From an uncultured Gammaproteobacteria bacterium (GTDB lineage: Bacteria; Pseudomonadota; Gammaproteobacteria; GCA-001735895), in NCBI GenBank assembly GCA_963793595.1, contig CAWCBX010000176.1, positions 42 to 64,041 on the forward strand: DNA of 64,000 nt, given 5' to 3'. The position numbers and the translations under genes are program-made. Below, piece after piece: positions 10,592 through 20,383 of the stretch (position 1 is its first letter; each line of letters starts with the position of its first letter). Under the pieces are notes generated by a model. The model was not told the DNA's origin. It saw nothing but the letters and a program-made list of their open reading frames with translations, and searched no databases.

Positions 10592-11589
10592 TGCTGACCT
10601 ACATTCTGCGCCGGATTCTGACCATGATCCCAACATTGCTGGTGATCAGCATGCTGGTATTCGTCATTATCCAGTTGCCACCCGGGGATTATCTGGAAAG
10701 TCATATCGCCGAACTGCAAAGCCAGGGCGAGTCGGTCGACGAGAATAAAATTGCCTTTCTGCGCGAAGAGTACGGGCTCGACAAGCCGATGCTGCAACAA
10801 TACGGGCAATGGCTTTTCGGTATGCTGCAAGGTGATTTCGGTTATTCCTTCGAGTATGATCTGCCCGTCACCGAGGTGGTCGGAGATCGACTTTTCCTGA
10901 CCGTGATAATCTCGATTACCACTATCCTGTTCACCTGGATTATCGCTTTTCCAATCGGTATTTATTCGGCCACCCATCAATATAGCTGGGGCGACTACGG
11001 GTTATCGACACTGGGGTTTCTGGGGCTGGCGACGCCGAACTTCCTGCTCGCACTGGTGATGCTTTATTTCGCCAACGTCTATTTCGGTACCAGTATCGGT
11101 GGCTTGATGGATGCGGAATATATCGATGCGCCCTGGAGTACCGACAAGATAATCTCGATACTAGAGCATTTATGGATTCCGGTTGTCGTCATCGGTACAT
11201 CAGGTACCGCCGGTATGATCAGACGCCTGCGCGCCAATCTGCTGGATGAACTGCAAAAGCAGTATGTCACCACCGGAAGGGCCAAGGGGCTGCCGCCTGG
11301 AAAATTACTCAGAAAGTACCCACTACGGGTCGCGCTCAACTTTTTTGTCGCCGATATAGGCAACCTGTTGCCGACCGTTATTTCCGGTGCAGAGATAGTG
11401 GCCGTGGTCATGTCGCTGCCAACCACCGGGCCAATTTTGCTCAGCGCGCTGCAAAGCCAGGATATGTACCTGGCCGGGTCTTTTTTGATGTTTCTGGCAT
11501 TGCTAACCGTATTCGGTGTGCTGGTTTCCGATATTGCACTGGCCATGCTCGATCCGCGTATTCGACTCGGTGGAGGCGCCAACAAGTGA
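10591..11589 (+). CDS. ABC transporter permease (YejB/DppB-like)
   Basis: 332 aa, N-terminal [10 protein letters not shown]...LPPGDY typical of DppB/YejB permeases; overlaps neighbours. Confidence 0.8.
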   Translation: MLTYILRRILTMIPTLLVISMLVFVIIQLPPGDYLESHIAELQSQGESVDENKIAFLREEYGLDKPMLQQYGQWLFGMLQGDFGYSFEYDLPVTEVVGDRLFLTVIISITTILFTWIIAFPIGIYSATHQYSWGDYGLSTLGFLGLATPNFLLALVMLYFANVYFGTSIGGLMDAEYIDAPWSTDKIISILEHLWIPVVVIGTSGTAGMIRRLRANLLDELQKQYVTTGRAKGLPPGKLLRKYPLRVALNFFVADIGNLLPTVISGAEIVAVVMSLPTTGPILLSALQSQDMYLAGSFLMFLALLTVFGVLVSDIALAMLDPRIRLGGGANK

Positions 11590-12734
11590 CCACCACGCAC
11601 TTTGTTTCACGCGAACCCTTCGATCCTCATTCGATCGAAGCACTGACCCCGGCGCAGGAAAGGTACTACATGGCCTCGCAGTGGAAACTGATGTGGTGGA
11701 AACTGCGTCGGCACCGGCTGGCCGTTATCTGCGGGGTTATCCTGGCATTAAACTATGCCACGATCATGTTTAGCGAGGTGATCGCGCCCTACAACCTGCA
11801 TACACGCAATACCGAATTTATCTATTCGCCGCCCCAATCGATACATTTATTTCACGATGGCGAGTTTATCGGGCCGTTCGTCTACGGCAGGGATTACGAG
11901 CTCGACATGGATATCCTCAAACGCAACTACCCCGAGAACAGGAATATTGTGCAACCCCTGCGTTTCTTTTGCCAGGGTGACAGCTACCGTTTCTGGGGAC
12001 TGTTTGAGGCACGCTTTCATCTGGTTTGCCCGCCTGAGAATGGCACCTTCTTTTTACTCGGTACCGACCGCCTGGGGCGGGACATGTTTTCCCGCATTAC
12101 CTATGGTGCCCGCATATCGCTCACTATTGGCCTGGTCGGAATAATTATCAGCTTTACCTTTGGCATCCTGATCGGTGGACTCGCCGGTTACTATGGCGGC
12201 TGGGTCGATGCTTCCGTGCAAAGGCTGATCGAGGTAATTCGCTCATTTCCTGAACTACCGCTGTGGATGGCGCTATCCGCGGTATTACCGATAAACTGGA
12301 GCCCGATTCTGATATTTTTCGGGATTACCGTGATTCTGGCATTGCTCGACTGGACCGGGCTGGCACGTGCGGTGCGTTCGAAGTTGCTCTCGCTGCGCGA
12401 GGAAGACTATTGTTCCGCAGCTGAACTGATGGGGGCCAAACCCGGACGCATCATCGGGCGTCATCTTTTGCCCGGATTCATGAGTCATTTGATAGCCTCG
12501 GCGACGCTGTCGATACCGGCGATGATCCTGGGCGAAACTGCGCTCAGCTTTCTTGGCCTCGGCTTAAGGCCACCGGTCACCAGCTGGGGCGTGTTGTTAA
12601 ACGAAGCGCAAAACATCAACGTGGTGGCGCTATATCCGTGGCTGCTATTCCCGGTCGTACCGGTCGTGCTGATCATCCTTACCTTTAACTTCTTCGGCGA
12701 CGGATTGCGTGATGCGGCCGATCCCTACAAGTGA
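11586..12734 (+). CDS. ABC transporter permease (YejE/DppC-like)
   Basis: 382 aa with extended N-terminus before the BPD_transp_1 core; EAA-like loop region (…GAKPGRIIGRHLLP…). Confidence 0.8.
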   Translation: MTTTHFVSREPFDPHSIEALTPAQERYYMASQWKLMWWKLRRHRLAVICGVILALNYATIMFSEVIAPYNLHTRNTEFIYSPPQSIHLFHDGEFIGPFVYGRDYELDMDILKRNYPENRNIVQPLRFFCQGDSYRFWGLFEARFHLVCPPENGTFFLLGTDRLGRDMFSRITYGARISLTIGLVGIIISFTFGILIGGLAGYYGGWVDASVQRLIEVIRSFPELPLWMALSAVLPINWSPILIFFGITVILALLDWTGLARAVRSKLLSLREEDYCSAAELMGAKPGRIIGRHLLPGFMSHLIASATLSIPAMILGETALSFLGLGLRPPVTSWGVLLNEAQNINVVALYPWLLFPVVPVVLIILTFNFFGDGLRDAADPYK

Positions 12735-12737
12735 TCG

Positions 12738-13619
12738 ATGCCTGTCGGCTTTCAGCAACGTGACCGTTGCCCTCTGTGCGGTTCCAGCAGCAACAGGCTA
12801 CTGTGTGACATTCCGTACAGCGATCAACGGCTGGCGAATTTTGTCGAACAGTTTTACCGTGGCAGGGTAGCGTTACAAACGCTGCAATCCGCCAGCTATC
12901 GGGTGGTGCTGTGCGAAGAATGCGATTTTATCTACCAGGATTCGATTCTGGATGAAAAAGGTATGCAAACGCTGTACGAAGACTGGGTCGATCACGAGCA
13001 AAGTTTGCAGCGCAAACAAACCGCAAACAGTCAACGTTACCGCCAGTATGCTGGTCAGGTTCAGGCTCTGGTGGGCTTGCTGAATCAGCGGCCCGATCAA
13101 AGCCGAATTCTCGATTTTGGGATGGGCTGGGGTTACTGGAGCCGGATGGCACAGGCGTATGGCTTTGACGTCGTTGGGTTCGAGTTATCGAATCAACGCA
13201 GAGAATATGCCCGACAAATGGGCGTCAAAGTCATCGATACACTGCCGGCGAGCGTAGCGGATTTCGATTGTGTCTACGCTAACCAGGTATTTGAGCATTT
13301 ACCCGACCCGCTGCAGACCCTGGTAGATCTTTGTCAACAGTTGAAGCCCGGGGGAATAGTTTGTCTTCGCGTACCTGATGGCCGGGGCGTCGCCGCTCGG
13401 CTGGAACAACGAGGCTGGTCGCCTGAACTCGAAGCCGTTCATCCGCTCGAGCACATCAACTGTTTTACCCGAAAGACACTGATAAGCTTTGCGGCAAAAG
13501 CCGGATTAAAGCCTTTTAATCCACCGTTACGTTTAAGCTGGGGGAGTTTATGGGATGGAGTCAGGCGCGAGGTTGCGGATCGACTGCTAACCACACACCT
13601 TTTCCTGAGGCGTCAGTAA
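12738..13619 (+). CDS. Class I SAM-dependent methyltransferase with N-terminal CxxC...CxxC zinc-ribbon
   Basis: 293 aa. CPLCG...CEEC at N-terminus; glycine-rich SAM motif ILDFGMGWGY, acidic residue DVVGFE, motif NQVFEHLPDP, LKPGGIVCL. Starts 3 nt after the permease stop. Confidence 0.6.
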   Translation: MPVGFQQRDRCPLCGSSSNRLLCDIPYSDQRLANFVEQFYRGRVALQTLQSASYRVVLCEECDFIYQDSILDEKGMQTLYEDWVDHEQSLQRKQTANSQRYRQYAGQVQALVGLLNQRPDQSRILDFGMGWGYWSRMAQAYGFDVVGFELSNQRREYARQMGVKVIDTLPASVADFDCVYANQVFEHLPDPLQTLVDLCQQLKPGGIVCLRVPDGRGVAARLEQRGWSPELEAVHPLEHINCFTRKTLISFAAKAGLKPFNPPLRLSWGSLWDGVRREVADRLLTTHLFLRRQ

Positions 13620-13634
13620 CCTTTACCCAGGTAG

Positions 13635-16322
13635 TTACTCGGAGGTTAGCAAATGCTGAAAATGTGCACTGCTGGTTTGCATTTCTGCGAAAGGCCCCTG
13701 GTCGACGAGTTTGCCGCGTTCCATCACCATTACCGCATCGAACTGTTCCGCCAGCTGAACCCGTCCGAGCATCCAGAGGATGCCACGATTTTCCATCTTT
13801 TGCCTGACGTTGCCGATCAGACGACGTTCGCTGGCCGTATCCAGGCTCGATAAGGCTTCATTTACAATCAGCAAATCGGGAGCCTTCAGCAGGGCGCGCG
13901 CAAGCCCCAGTTTCTGGCGTTGAATCGAAGACAGGCGGCCACCGGCGACCCCCACTTCGTATCTAAGACCGGCTTCGATTATCTGGTTGCGCAAGCCAAG
14001 CGACTCGACTACATCAGCAATCAGGGAGTTGATTTTCTGTTGGGCATTGGCCTGGCCGTAGGCCAGTTTTCCGAACAGAATATTGTCCTGGATCGAGATG
14101 CGCGGATTGAAGCTGGACTCATCGAAAAATTCGATGCCTAGATCTTCGGTGGTCGCATGATCATGGATTTGCCGACGCGCGGCGAGTATGCGTTGCTGGA
14201 TAGACTCGGTCATCAATCCCAGTCGATGCCGAGCCACGATCAGCTTGAAAGGTAACGATATCAGGCGCCGGCGGTCGCTTTTCGGCAGGCTTTGCAGATC
14301 ATGCTGCCTGGTTTGTTGTAGCAGTTTGTTGAACTCTGGTAAATCGTCGGCCTGGATAAAGCTGAATTGTTCGAATAGCTCGCTATCGGGTTCGACGTCG
14401 GAGAAAAGGTCGAGCATGATTTCGGTTATCTTGACGCCGGCGTTGAGAAATTCATCGGTCAGGTCATTTTGCTTGAGCGCCTTTTGCATGGCCGGGTAGT
14501 CGATCAATTGTTCGACATCGATGGCGTCGTCGTAAACCGTGCCAAACAACAGGTTCTCCGATACCGTCATATTGAGATTATATTTTTCGTGGTCGAAAGG
14601 TTCGACCAGCCGGGCAATTTCGGGCTCCTTGAATTTGTCACGCAATTGCCGCCGTGCCTGCATAACTCCTGCAATGAGATCGGTATTCTCCGACTGATCC
14701 ACCAACGAGAGTAACCCGAACTGGTAAATTTCCTCATCCATTTCGACGGCTTTGAGAATATCAATAATAAACGCGGTCAGCTGCTCCCGGTTTTCCAGGC
14801 CAAGCGCCTGGAGGTCGATCCAGTCGTCGTCGTAGCGGTTGGGAGAGTTGCCTGCTCGCAGTGCGAGTGCTCGTTCAACTTCCTTGTCGTGGTCGTCAGC
14901 TTCACCAGGTATCGGGTGGTGCTTGAGCGCATAGCATAGATTGTCGTAAACCGTGCCGTTAAACATGAATGCCGCGGTTCCCACATAGCCGAGACGCCTG
15001 CCAGTGATCGATTCAGGCACATTCTCCATTTTCCAGTCACCAATGTTAATGCTGCCCGAACTGGGATTGACCAGTCTCGACATCAGTAAAGCGAGCTCTT
15101 CCTTACCGCTATTGCCCAGTCCCACCGCGGCACAGTGCTGATCTAATGGAAATTTGAAGCTGGTGCCGTCAATGCTGTAATAAAGTCCATCCTCAGTGTA
15201 GCGAATATTGTTAGCCTGAATTTCGCGACCCGGAAATTCGAGTGACTCGGGACGATTGTCGATGATGTCCATTTCGAGCATATTTTGCGGGTCAAACTGC
15301 TGGATGACCTGGCCGTACTTGACCTTTACGTCTTCCTTGCGCTGGTAGTAACGCAGCAGTTCCTTCCATGGACCGGAGAGATCCTTGTAGGCCACCAGCA
15401 CCGCGACCATCGAACCGATGGATAAATCGCCGCGTAACACGAAATAACCACCGACCGAGTAAAAGAAAAAAGGTGTCAGCTGGGCAATAAAATTATTCAG
15501 AAACTTGATGAAAAACTTGCGCTTGTAGATCGCGAAACGAATCAGGTAGATCTTGCCAAGCCGCTGGCTGATATGGGCGCGTTCGTAGTGACTGGTATCG
15601 TTGGCATGAATCTCGGTAATGCCGGAAACGGTTTCGCCGATGCGACCTGACATGTTACGCACCATCGCTACCCGTTCCTTTGAGAGGTTGTTGACGCGTT
15701 TTTGCAGGCGTGGAATCACGACAAGCTGAAACGGGTACAGCGAAATCGCGGCCAGGCCGAGAAACAGGTCCTGTTGAAAGATGAAAACCAGGTAAGTCAG
15801 CAGTATACCGCCCTGAAACACCGGCAGGGTGAAGGATTCGCCGATGAATTCGCCTAAAATTTCCGTCTCTGAAGTGATCATCGGGATCAGTTCATTCGAC
15901 GAAACTCGTTTGAAATGCGGCATTGGAAAGCGCAGGATACGTTCGTAAAGTTCGAACCTGAGTCTGCGCAGCACACGTTCGCCAAGTGCGCCACGGTATA
16001 CGTTTAATAGATACTTTAAACCTCCACTAACAAGCACCACCAGCAGGAAGGCAAAACTGAACAGCAACAGGAACTCGAGACGATCAAGCTCGTAGCCGAA
16101 AATCGCCTGCGGAACTTCCTGTCCTTCGAGCAGGTTGATTATTTTCTTGGGTAGTTCGAGGGTAACGTAAACCAGGGGAAGCGAAACCAGCGACAGTATA
16201 ATCAGGCCTATCTGGTCTTTCTTACTGTGATCAAGTATGTATCTGTAAAGCGATGGTTCCATATATTTCCAGTTTCTGATGCTTACCTGGCCGTCGGGTT
16301 CCAGACCTGGTGTTGCTAGCAC
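13635..16322 (-). CDS. ABC exporter-type protein (N-terminal 6-TM ABC_membrane domain plus C-terminal NBD) with degenerate ATPase motifs and a ~300-aa insertion inside the NBD
   Basis: 895 aa. TMD then NBD: Walker A-like GLGNSGKEEL (no S/T after GK), Q-loop-like YVGTAAF, signature LSSIQRQK (for LSGGQ), Walker B LLIVNEALSSLD (D to N), no H-loop histidine (ILWMLGRVQ). A likely true start is the internal Met (MEPSLYRY…) ~60 nt downstream of the ORF start. Confidence 0.7.
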   Translation of the reverse strand: MLATPGLEPDGQVSIRNWKYMEPSLYRYILDHSKKDQIGLIILSLVSLPLVYVTLELPKKIINLLEGQEVPQAIFGYELDRLEFLLLFSFAFLLVVLVSGGLKYLLNVYRGALGERVLRRLRFELYERILRFPMPHFKRVSSNELIPMITSETEILGEFIGESFTLPVFQGGILLTYLVFIFQQDLFLGLAAISLYPFQLVVIPRLQKRVNNLSKERVAMVRNMSGRIGETVSGITEIHANDTSHYERAHISQRLGKIYLIRFAIYKRKFFIKFLNNFIAQLTPFFFYSVGGYFVLRGDLSIGSMVAVLVAYKDLSGPWKELLRYYQRKEDVKVKYGQVIQQFDPQNMLEMDIIDNRPESLEFPGREIQANNIRYTEDGLYYSIDGTSFKFPLDQHCAAVGLGNSGKEELALLMSRLVNPSSGSINIGDWKMENVPESITGRRLGYVGTAAFMFNGTVYDNLCYALKHHPIPGEADDHDKEVERALALRAGNSPNRYDDDWIDLQALGLENREQLTAFIIDILKAVEMDEEIYQFGLLSLVDQSENTDLIAGVMQARRQLRDKFKEPEIARLVEPFDHEKYNLNMTVSENLLFGTVYDDAIDVEQLIDYPAMQKALKQNDLTDEFLNAGVKITEIMLDLFSDVEPDSELFEQFSFIQADDLPEFNKLLQQTRQHDLQSLPKSDRRRLISLPFKLIVARHRLGLMTESIQQRILAARRQIHDHATTEDLGIEFFDESSFNPRISIQDNILFGKLAYGQANAQQKINSLIADVVESLGLRNQIIEAGLRYEVGVAGGRLSSIQRQKLGLARALLKAPDLLIVNEALSSLDTASERRLIGNVRQKMENRGILWMLGRVQLAEQFDAVMVMERGKLVDQGPFAEMQTSSAHFQHLLTSE

Positions 16323-16378
16323 GACATGTCATGCCGGTGTACTATCGCGCATCGATCGATTTATATCAAATACAGGTT

Positions 16379-17626
16379 ATGCCACCCAGGCTGGCAATTG
16401 TTTTAAAAGGCTACCCACGCTTATCGGAAACTTTCATCGCGCAGGAAATCAGGGCGCTTGAGCTGCGTGGCTTCGAGCTCTGTATCTTTTCGCTGCGTCA
16501 CCCCTATGATCCGGCAACGCACCCGATTCATGCCGAAATTGAAGCGCCGGTTTATTATTTGCCCGAGTATGTACACGATGATATCCCCGCGGTGCTGCGT
16601 GCGTTTTTACGAGTATGCTGGAAACCCGGGTTCTGGCGAGCTCTGACGGCCTTTAGCCGGGATTTATGGCGCGATCCGACGCGTAACCGAATGCGCCGCT
16701 TTGCGCAGTCGATGGTTATGGCACACAAGATGCCTGCTACGGTGCAACACTACTATAACCATTTCATGCATACGCCTGCGTCGGTAACTTACTACGCCAG
16801 CAAAATCAATCAAACCCCCTGGAGCGTATCCGCGCATGCCAAGGATATCTGGACCATTCCCGAATGGGAACTGCGCGAAAAGCTGGCAAGTAGCCAATGG
16901 TTGGTTACCTGCACCCGCGCCAACGAAAAGTATCTCTCCAGCCTGGCTGACACTGAGGACAAGGTGACACTGCTTTATCACGGGCTGGACTTTGATCGGT
17001 TTGGTGAAAAACCGGAAACCGCGTCAAATCGGGACGGCAGCGATGCAGACAATGAAGTTCGTTTGATCAGTGTTGGTCGCGCAGTAGATAAAAAAGGATA
17101 CCAGACTCTGCTGACGGCATTGTCCGCTTTGCCGGCGACGCTGCATTGGCGATTTGTGCATATCGGCGGTGGTGAATTGCTCGAACAATTACAACAGCAG
17201 GCACGCGAATATGGCATCGACAGGCGCATAAAGTGGCTGGGCGCATTACCGCAAACGGAGGTTCTGGCGCAGTATCGTGACGCGGATTTATTTGTACTGC
17301 CGAGCCAGATATCGGCTGATGGCGATCGCGATGGATTGCCCAACGTGTTGATGGAAGCGCAAAGTCAGAACCTGGCCTGTTTATCGACCAACATATCAGG
17401 CATACCGGAACTGATCATTCATGCCGAAACCGGATGGCTGGTCGAACAAAAAAATCACCAGCAGCTGACCCAGGCGCTACAGAAAATGATCGCTGATCCG
17501 GAGTTGCGCAGCAGGCTGGCACAGGCAGGGTTCGATCGCGTGCGTCGCGAATTTTCGATGGATCGGGGAATCGATACCCTGGTTAGCAGGCTGCAGCAGT
17601 CAATGGGGGTCAATAATCAGTCATGA
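16379..17626 (+). CDS. Glycosyltransferase family 4 (GT-B, GT1 fold)
   Basis: Start chosen at MPPRLAIVLKGYPRLSETFIAQEI, typical of GT4. C-terminal EGLPNVLMEAQ-type motif (DGLPNVLMEAQSQNLACLST). Transcribed divergently from the ABC gene. Confidence 0.75.
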   Translation: MPPRLAIVLKGYPRLSETFIAQEIRALELRGFELCIFSLRHPYDPATHPIHAEIEAPVYYLPEYVHDDIPAVLRAFLRVCWKPGFWRALTAFSRDLWRDPTRNRMRRFAQSMVMAHKMPATVQHYYNHFMHTPASVTYYASKINQTPWSVSAHAKDIWTIPEWELREKLASSQWLVTCTRANEKYLSSLADTEDKVTLLYHGLDFDRFGEKPETASNRDGSDADNEVRLISVGRAVDKKGYQTLLTALSALPATLHWRFVHIGGGELLEQLQQQAREYGIDRRIKWLGALPQTEVLAQYRDADLFVLPSQISADGDRDGLPNVLMEAQSQNLACLSTNISGIPELIIHAETGWLVEQKNHQQLTQALQKMIADPELRSRLAQAGFDRVRREFSMDRGIDTLVSRLQQSMGVNNQS

Positions 17627-18210
17627 AACTCGCCTTGCTTCGACATGCCGTGACTGACTGGAATCTTGAAAAACGGGTCCAGGGCCGAATCGATCAACCC
17701 CTGTCCGCGAGCGGACGTCGGCAATTCCAGGATCTGCTGTTACCGCCGGAATTTACTGCCTGTCGTTGGTATTGCAGTCCCCTGCGTCGTGCCACGCAGA
17801 CGGCAGAATTACTGGGCTTGACTGCAATCGAGATAGAGGATGCGTTAATTGAAATGAGTTGGGGTGACTGGGAAGGCGAAATACTCAAACCCCTGCGCAA
17901 GCGGCTAGGCGACGAGATGCGGGATAACGAGCGTCGCGGGATCGACTTTTGCCCACCGGGCGGAGAAAGCCCACGCCAGGTCCAGGCCCGGCTGCAAACC
18001 TGGTTACGGCAAATTGGCGCGTTACGGCAGGATACTGCGGCGGTAGTGCACAAAGGCATAATTCGCTGTATTTATGCGCTCGCCTGCGACTGGGACATGT
18101 GCGGTGAATCGCCAGTCGATTTTGCCTGGGATTCGATCCACCAGTTCGAACTCCGCGCTGACGGCAAACTACTCGATAGTTACCAGTCCATCCCCCTCAT
18201 CAAATCCTGA
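17623..18210 (+). CDS. Histidine phosphatase family protein (phosphoglycerate mutase-like)
   Basis: N-terminal LLRHAVTDWN (RHG motif region). 195 aa. Overlaps the GT4 stop. Confidence 0.7.
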   Translation: MKLALLRHAVTDWNLEKRVQGRIDQPLSASGRRQFQDLLLPPEFTACRWYCSPLRRATQTAELLGLTAIEIEDALIEMSWGDWEGEILKPLRKRLGDEMRDNERRGIDFCPPGGESPRQVQARLQTWLRQIGALRQDTAAVVHKGIIRCIYALACDWDMCGESPVDFAWDSIHQFELRADGKLLDSYQSIPLIKS

Positions 18211-18215
18211 AAGTT

Positions 18216-18425
18216 ATGTCATCGGTGCTGACTGATAAGCTCAGTCCGTCAATCCATCCCACGGCTATCTCGAGGAAAAGCCCGCAAAAGTCGCTACCAA
18301 ACGGCAAAAAACGCCGTTTGGCACATCCCTGTGATCGCTTGGAACCCGAGGCGTCGGACCGACTCGGTCAGGCACGAGGGGCTTTACCGGTTTACCCTGG
18401 GGTTATTTTGAACCCGGGGGCGTGG
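18216..18425. repeat. Intergenic structured repeat element, copy B (MITE/REP-like), containing hairpin ccaaacggc-aaaaaac-gccgtttgg at 18297-18321 and core atcgcttggaacccgaggcgtcggaccg
   Basis: Shares an ~85-bp core with 55066-55150 and the 'cgtcggaccg' block with 26150-26165; the flanking ggctatctcgaggaaaagcccgcaaaag resembles 55049-55076. Confidence 0.55.
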
Positions 18426-18437
18426 TGGCGGAATTGG

Positions 18438-19211
18438 CTATTTCCAGATGGTGGCGGCGTCGAGCCAGTTGACAGCGGGGTGGTCGGACAGGAATTGCAG
18501 CAGGTCTTCGAGGAAGCGCCAGACCGCCTCGTTTTGCACCAGGTGATGGGTCAGGATGCCGGTAGGTTCTTCGATATCACGGTAGCCGGTGCGCCTGGCC
18601 TGCAGGTGCTGAATCAGAATCGCGATGGCGGGGTAGACACCGATAAAACCGCCCTGGTGACGCCAGTTTATCGGGTCGAGATGCGTGTTTACCTGGAGTA
18701 ATCCAGGCGCAGGATATGCTTTACGGCGCACCTTCATTGTCGAAATTCCGGCAAATCCGATTTCGTTTAAACGCGATACAACCTGGTCGTCAATTCGATT
18801 CCAGGGCGGCACCAATACCGGTTTGAAGCGATCGGCGAAATGCTGCTCGAGGATCTGGTAGCCCCGTTCCAGATCGGCAATAATCTGCTTACTGGCGTGG
18901 CTACCCCCGAGTTCGAGCTTGCGTTGCCCGCGGGCGGCGTGGTTTTCATGCGCATAGCCGTGTTGCAATACGGCTATCAGTGCCCGGTCCCGCAGAAAAT
19001 CGACCAGTTCAGGCTTGAGCCTGGACGGGATCACCGCCAGCGCCAACGGGGTATCCCGGTTGTAACTTAACCCAAGCAGTCGATCGAGTGCTCTACCGGG
19101 CCCGGTCGCGTCGTCGTCACGCCACCAGAAATCCACTGATTTGTCCATATCAGCCCATGCATCAAGCTCGCCACCAAGCCATAGCCAGGCCTTTGCAGAT
19201 AGAGTTCTCAT
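18438..19211 (-). CDS. Polysaccharide deacetylase family protein (NodB-like, divergent)
   Basis: 257 aa; WWRDDDA motif and His-rich downstream motifs characteristic of CE4-like deacetylases. Confidence 0.65.
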   Translation of the reverse strand: MRTLSAKAWLWLGGELDAWADMDKSVDFWWRDDDATGPGRALDRLLGLSYNRDTPLALAVIPSRLKPELVDFLRDRALIAVLQHGYAHENHAARGQRKLELGGSHASKQIIADLERGYQILEQHFADRFKPVLVPPWNRIDDQVVSRLNEIGFAGISTMKVRRKAYPAPGLLQVNTHLDPINWRHQGGFIGVYPAIAILIQHLQARRTGYRDIEEPTGILTHHLVQNEAVWRFLEDLLQFLSDHPAVNWLDAATIWK

Positions 19212-20374
19212 TTTCCCGCCATCGCGTTATTCAGCCATTGCGAGATCATAGTGGCGCTGTTACCGGCGCCGCCGAGGTTTACTTCAAGCGAGGGTTCTTG
19301 CCGGTCAGCCTGTTCGATTGCCGAGGCTAAAGTTGCTACCGATAATTCGTTTTGTTGCAGCATAACCAGTCGACCGAGGCGTTGCAGTTTTCGTGCGCGC
19401 ATGGTTTGTTCGATTTCATCGGCTTCGGCATAAGGGATTACGACCGCGGCGGCAGTGCTGTTCAGGATGTCGGTGATCGTGTTGTAACCTGCTTGCGAAA
19501 TTGACAGCCTGGCGCGCTTAACGAGTTCGCTAAAGTCGGGTCGGTTACGTTCGATAATGGTGCCTTCGCCGGCGAGCCGCTTGAGCTCTGCAAGATGTGA
19601 CTCATCGATTGAAGGGCTTACCAGTATTCTCCAGCGCAGGTCCTTGAGTATCGACATGGGTTTGGCCGCGATTGCAGCTGTCAGAATATCCAGCCCGGTG
19701 GAGCTGCCGCCGGCAGATACCAGTACTTCGTTAACGCCGTCACCGGGGACTGACACTGTCCCCCCGGAAGCGCAGATATAGCCACTATAAAAGACTTTGT
19801 CGCTTATTCGATCTGCCAGCGGAAAACTTTCCTCGAGTCCGACTATTTTCTGGTCTCCGTGCACCAGTACGTAATCGTAAAATTCGCTTACCAGGTCGCA
19901 AATTTCTTCATTGCGTCCCGCCCTGGATTTAGGCTGCAGAATATCTCGTATCGAAGCAATGACCTGGGTACAAGTGGAACTGGCCCTGGCAGCCTGAAGC
20001 AGCGGTATCAACTCAAAACGCATCATGCGCCTGCCAAATGGAAATGTTTCAGTTATCAAAACCTGCGGTGAGCAGGAGGCGAAGATTTCAAGCAATTGTT
20101 GTTTGCGTTGGTCGCACCAGTCGGCGTTTATCGGGTTGCCATCCTGATCCAGTAGACGGGTAAAACTACCATCGGGGCTGTACACCGGCGGTAGTTGCCG
20201 CAGTCGAACGCCTGTCGGCATGGTTAAGGCCTGTGCTCTACCACCGGATACCAGTTCAACCGCAAAATCATGTCTCGCCAGTTCGGCTGCCAGTTGCAGA
20301 GAACGCTGCAGGTGCCCGACACCCAGTAGATGCTGGACATAGATCATGGCGCGTAATGACGAACTGATCGACAA
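19208..20374 (-). CDS. MurG/PseG-like GT28-superfamily glycosyltransferase
   Basis: 388 aa; N-terminal YVQHLLGVGHLQR (GxGHxxR) as in PseG/MurG-like N-domains and a C-terminal GT28_C-like region. Paralogous to the next gene. Stop overlaps the deacetylase start. Confidence 0.6.
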   Translation of the reverse strand: MSISSSLRAMIYVQHLLGVGHLQRSLQLAAELARHDFAVELVSGGRAQALTMPTGVRLRQLPPVYSPDGSFTRLLDQDGNPINADWCDQRKQQLLEIFASCSPQVLITETFPFGRRMMRFELIPLLQAARASSTCTQVIASIRDILQPKSRAGRNEEICDLVSEFYDYVLVHGDQKIVGLEESFPLADRISDKVFYSGYICASGGTVSVPGDGVNEVLVSAGGSSTGLDILTAAIAAKPMSILKDLRWRILVSPSIDESHLAELKRLAGEGTIIERNRPDFSELVKRARLSISQAGYNTITDILNSTAAAVVIPYAEADEIEQTMRARKLQRLGRLVMLQQNELSVATLASAIEQADRQEPSLEVNLGGAGNSATMISQWLNNAMAGK

Positions 20375-20383
20375 CTCCGGGAT

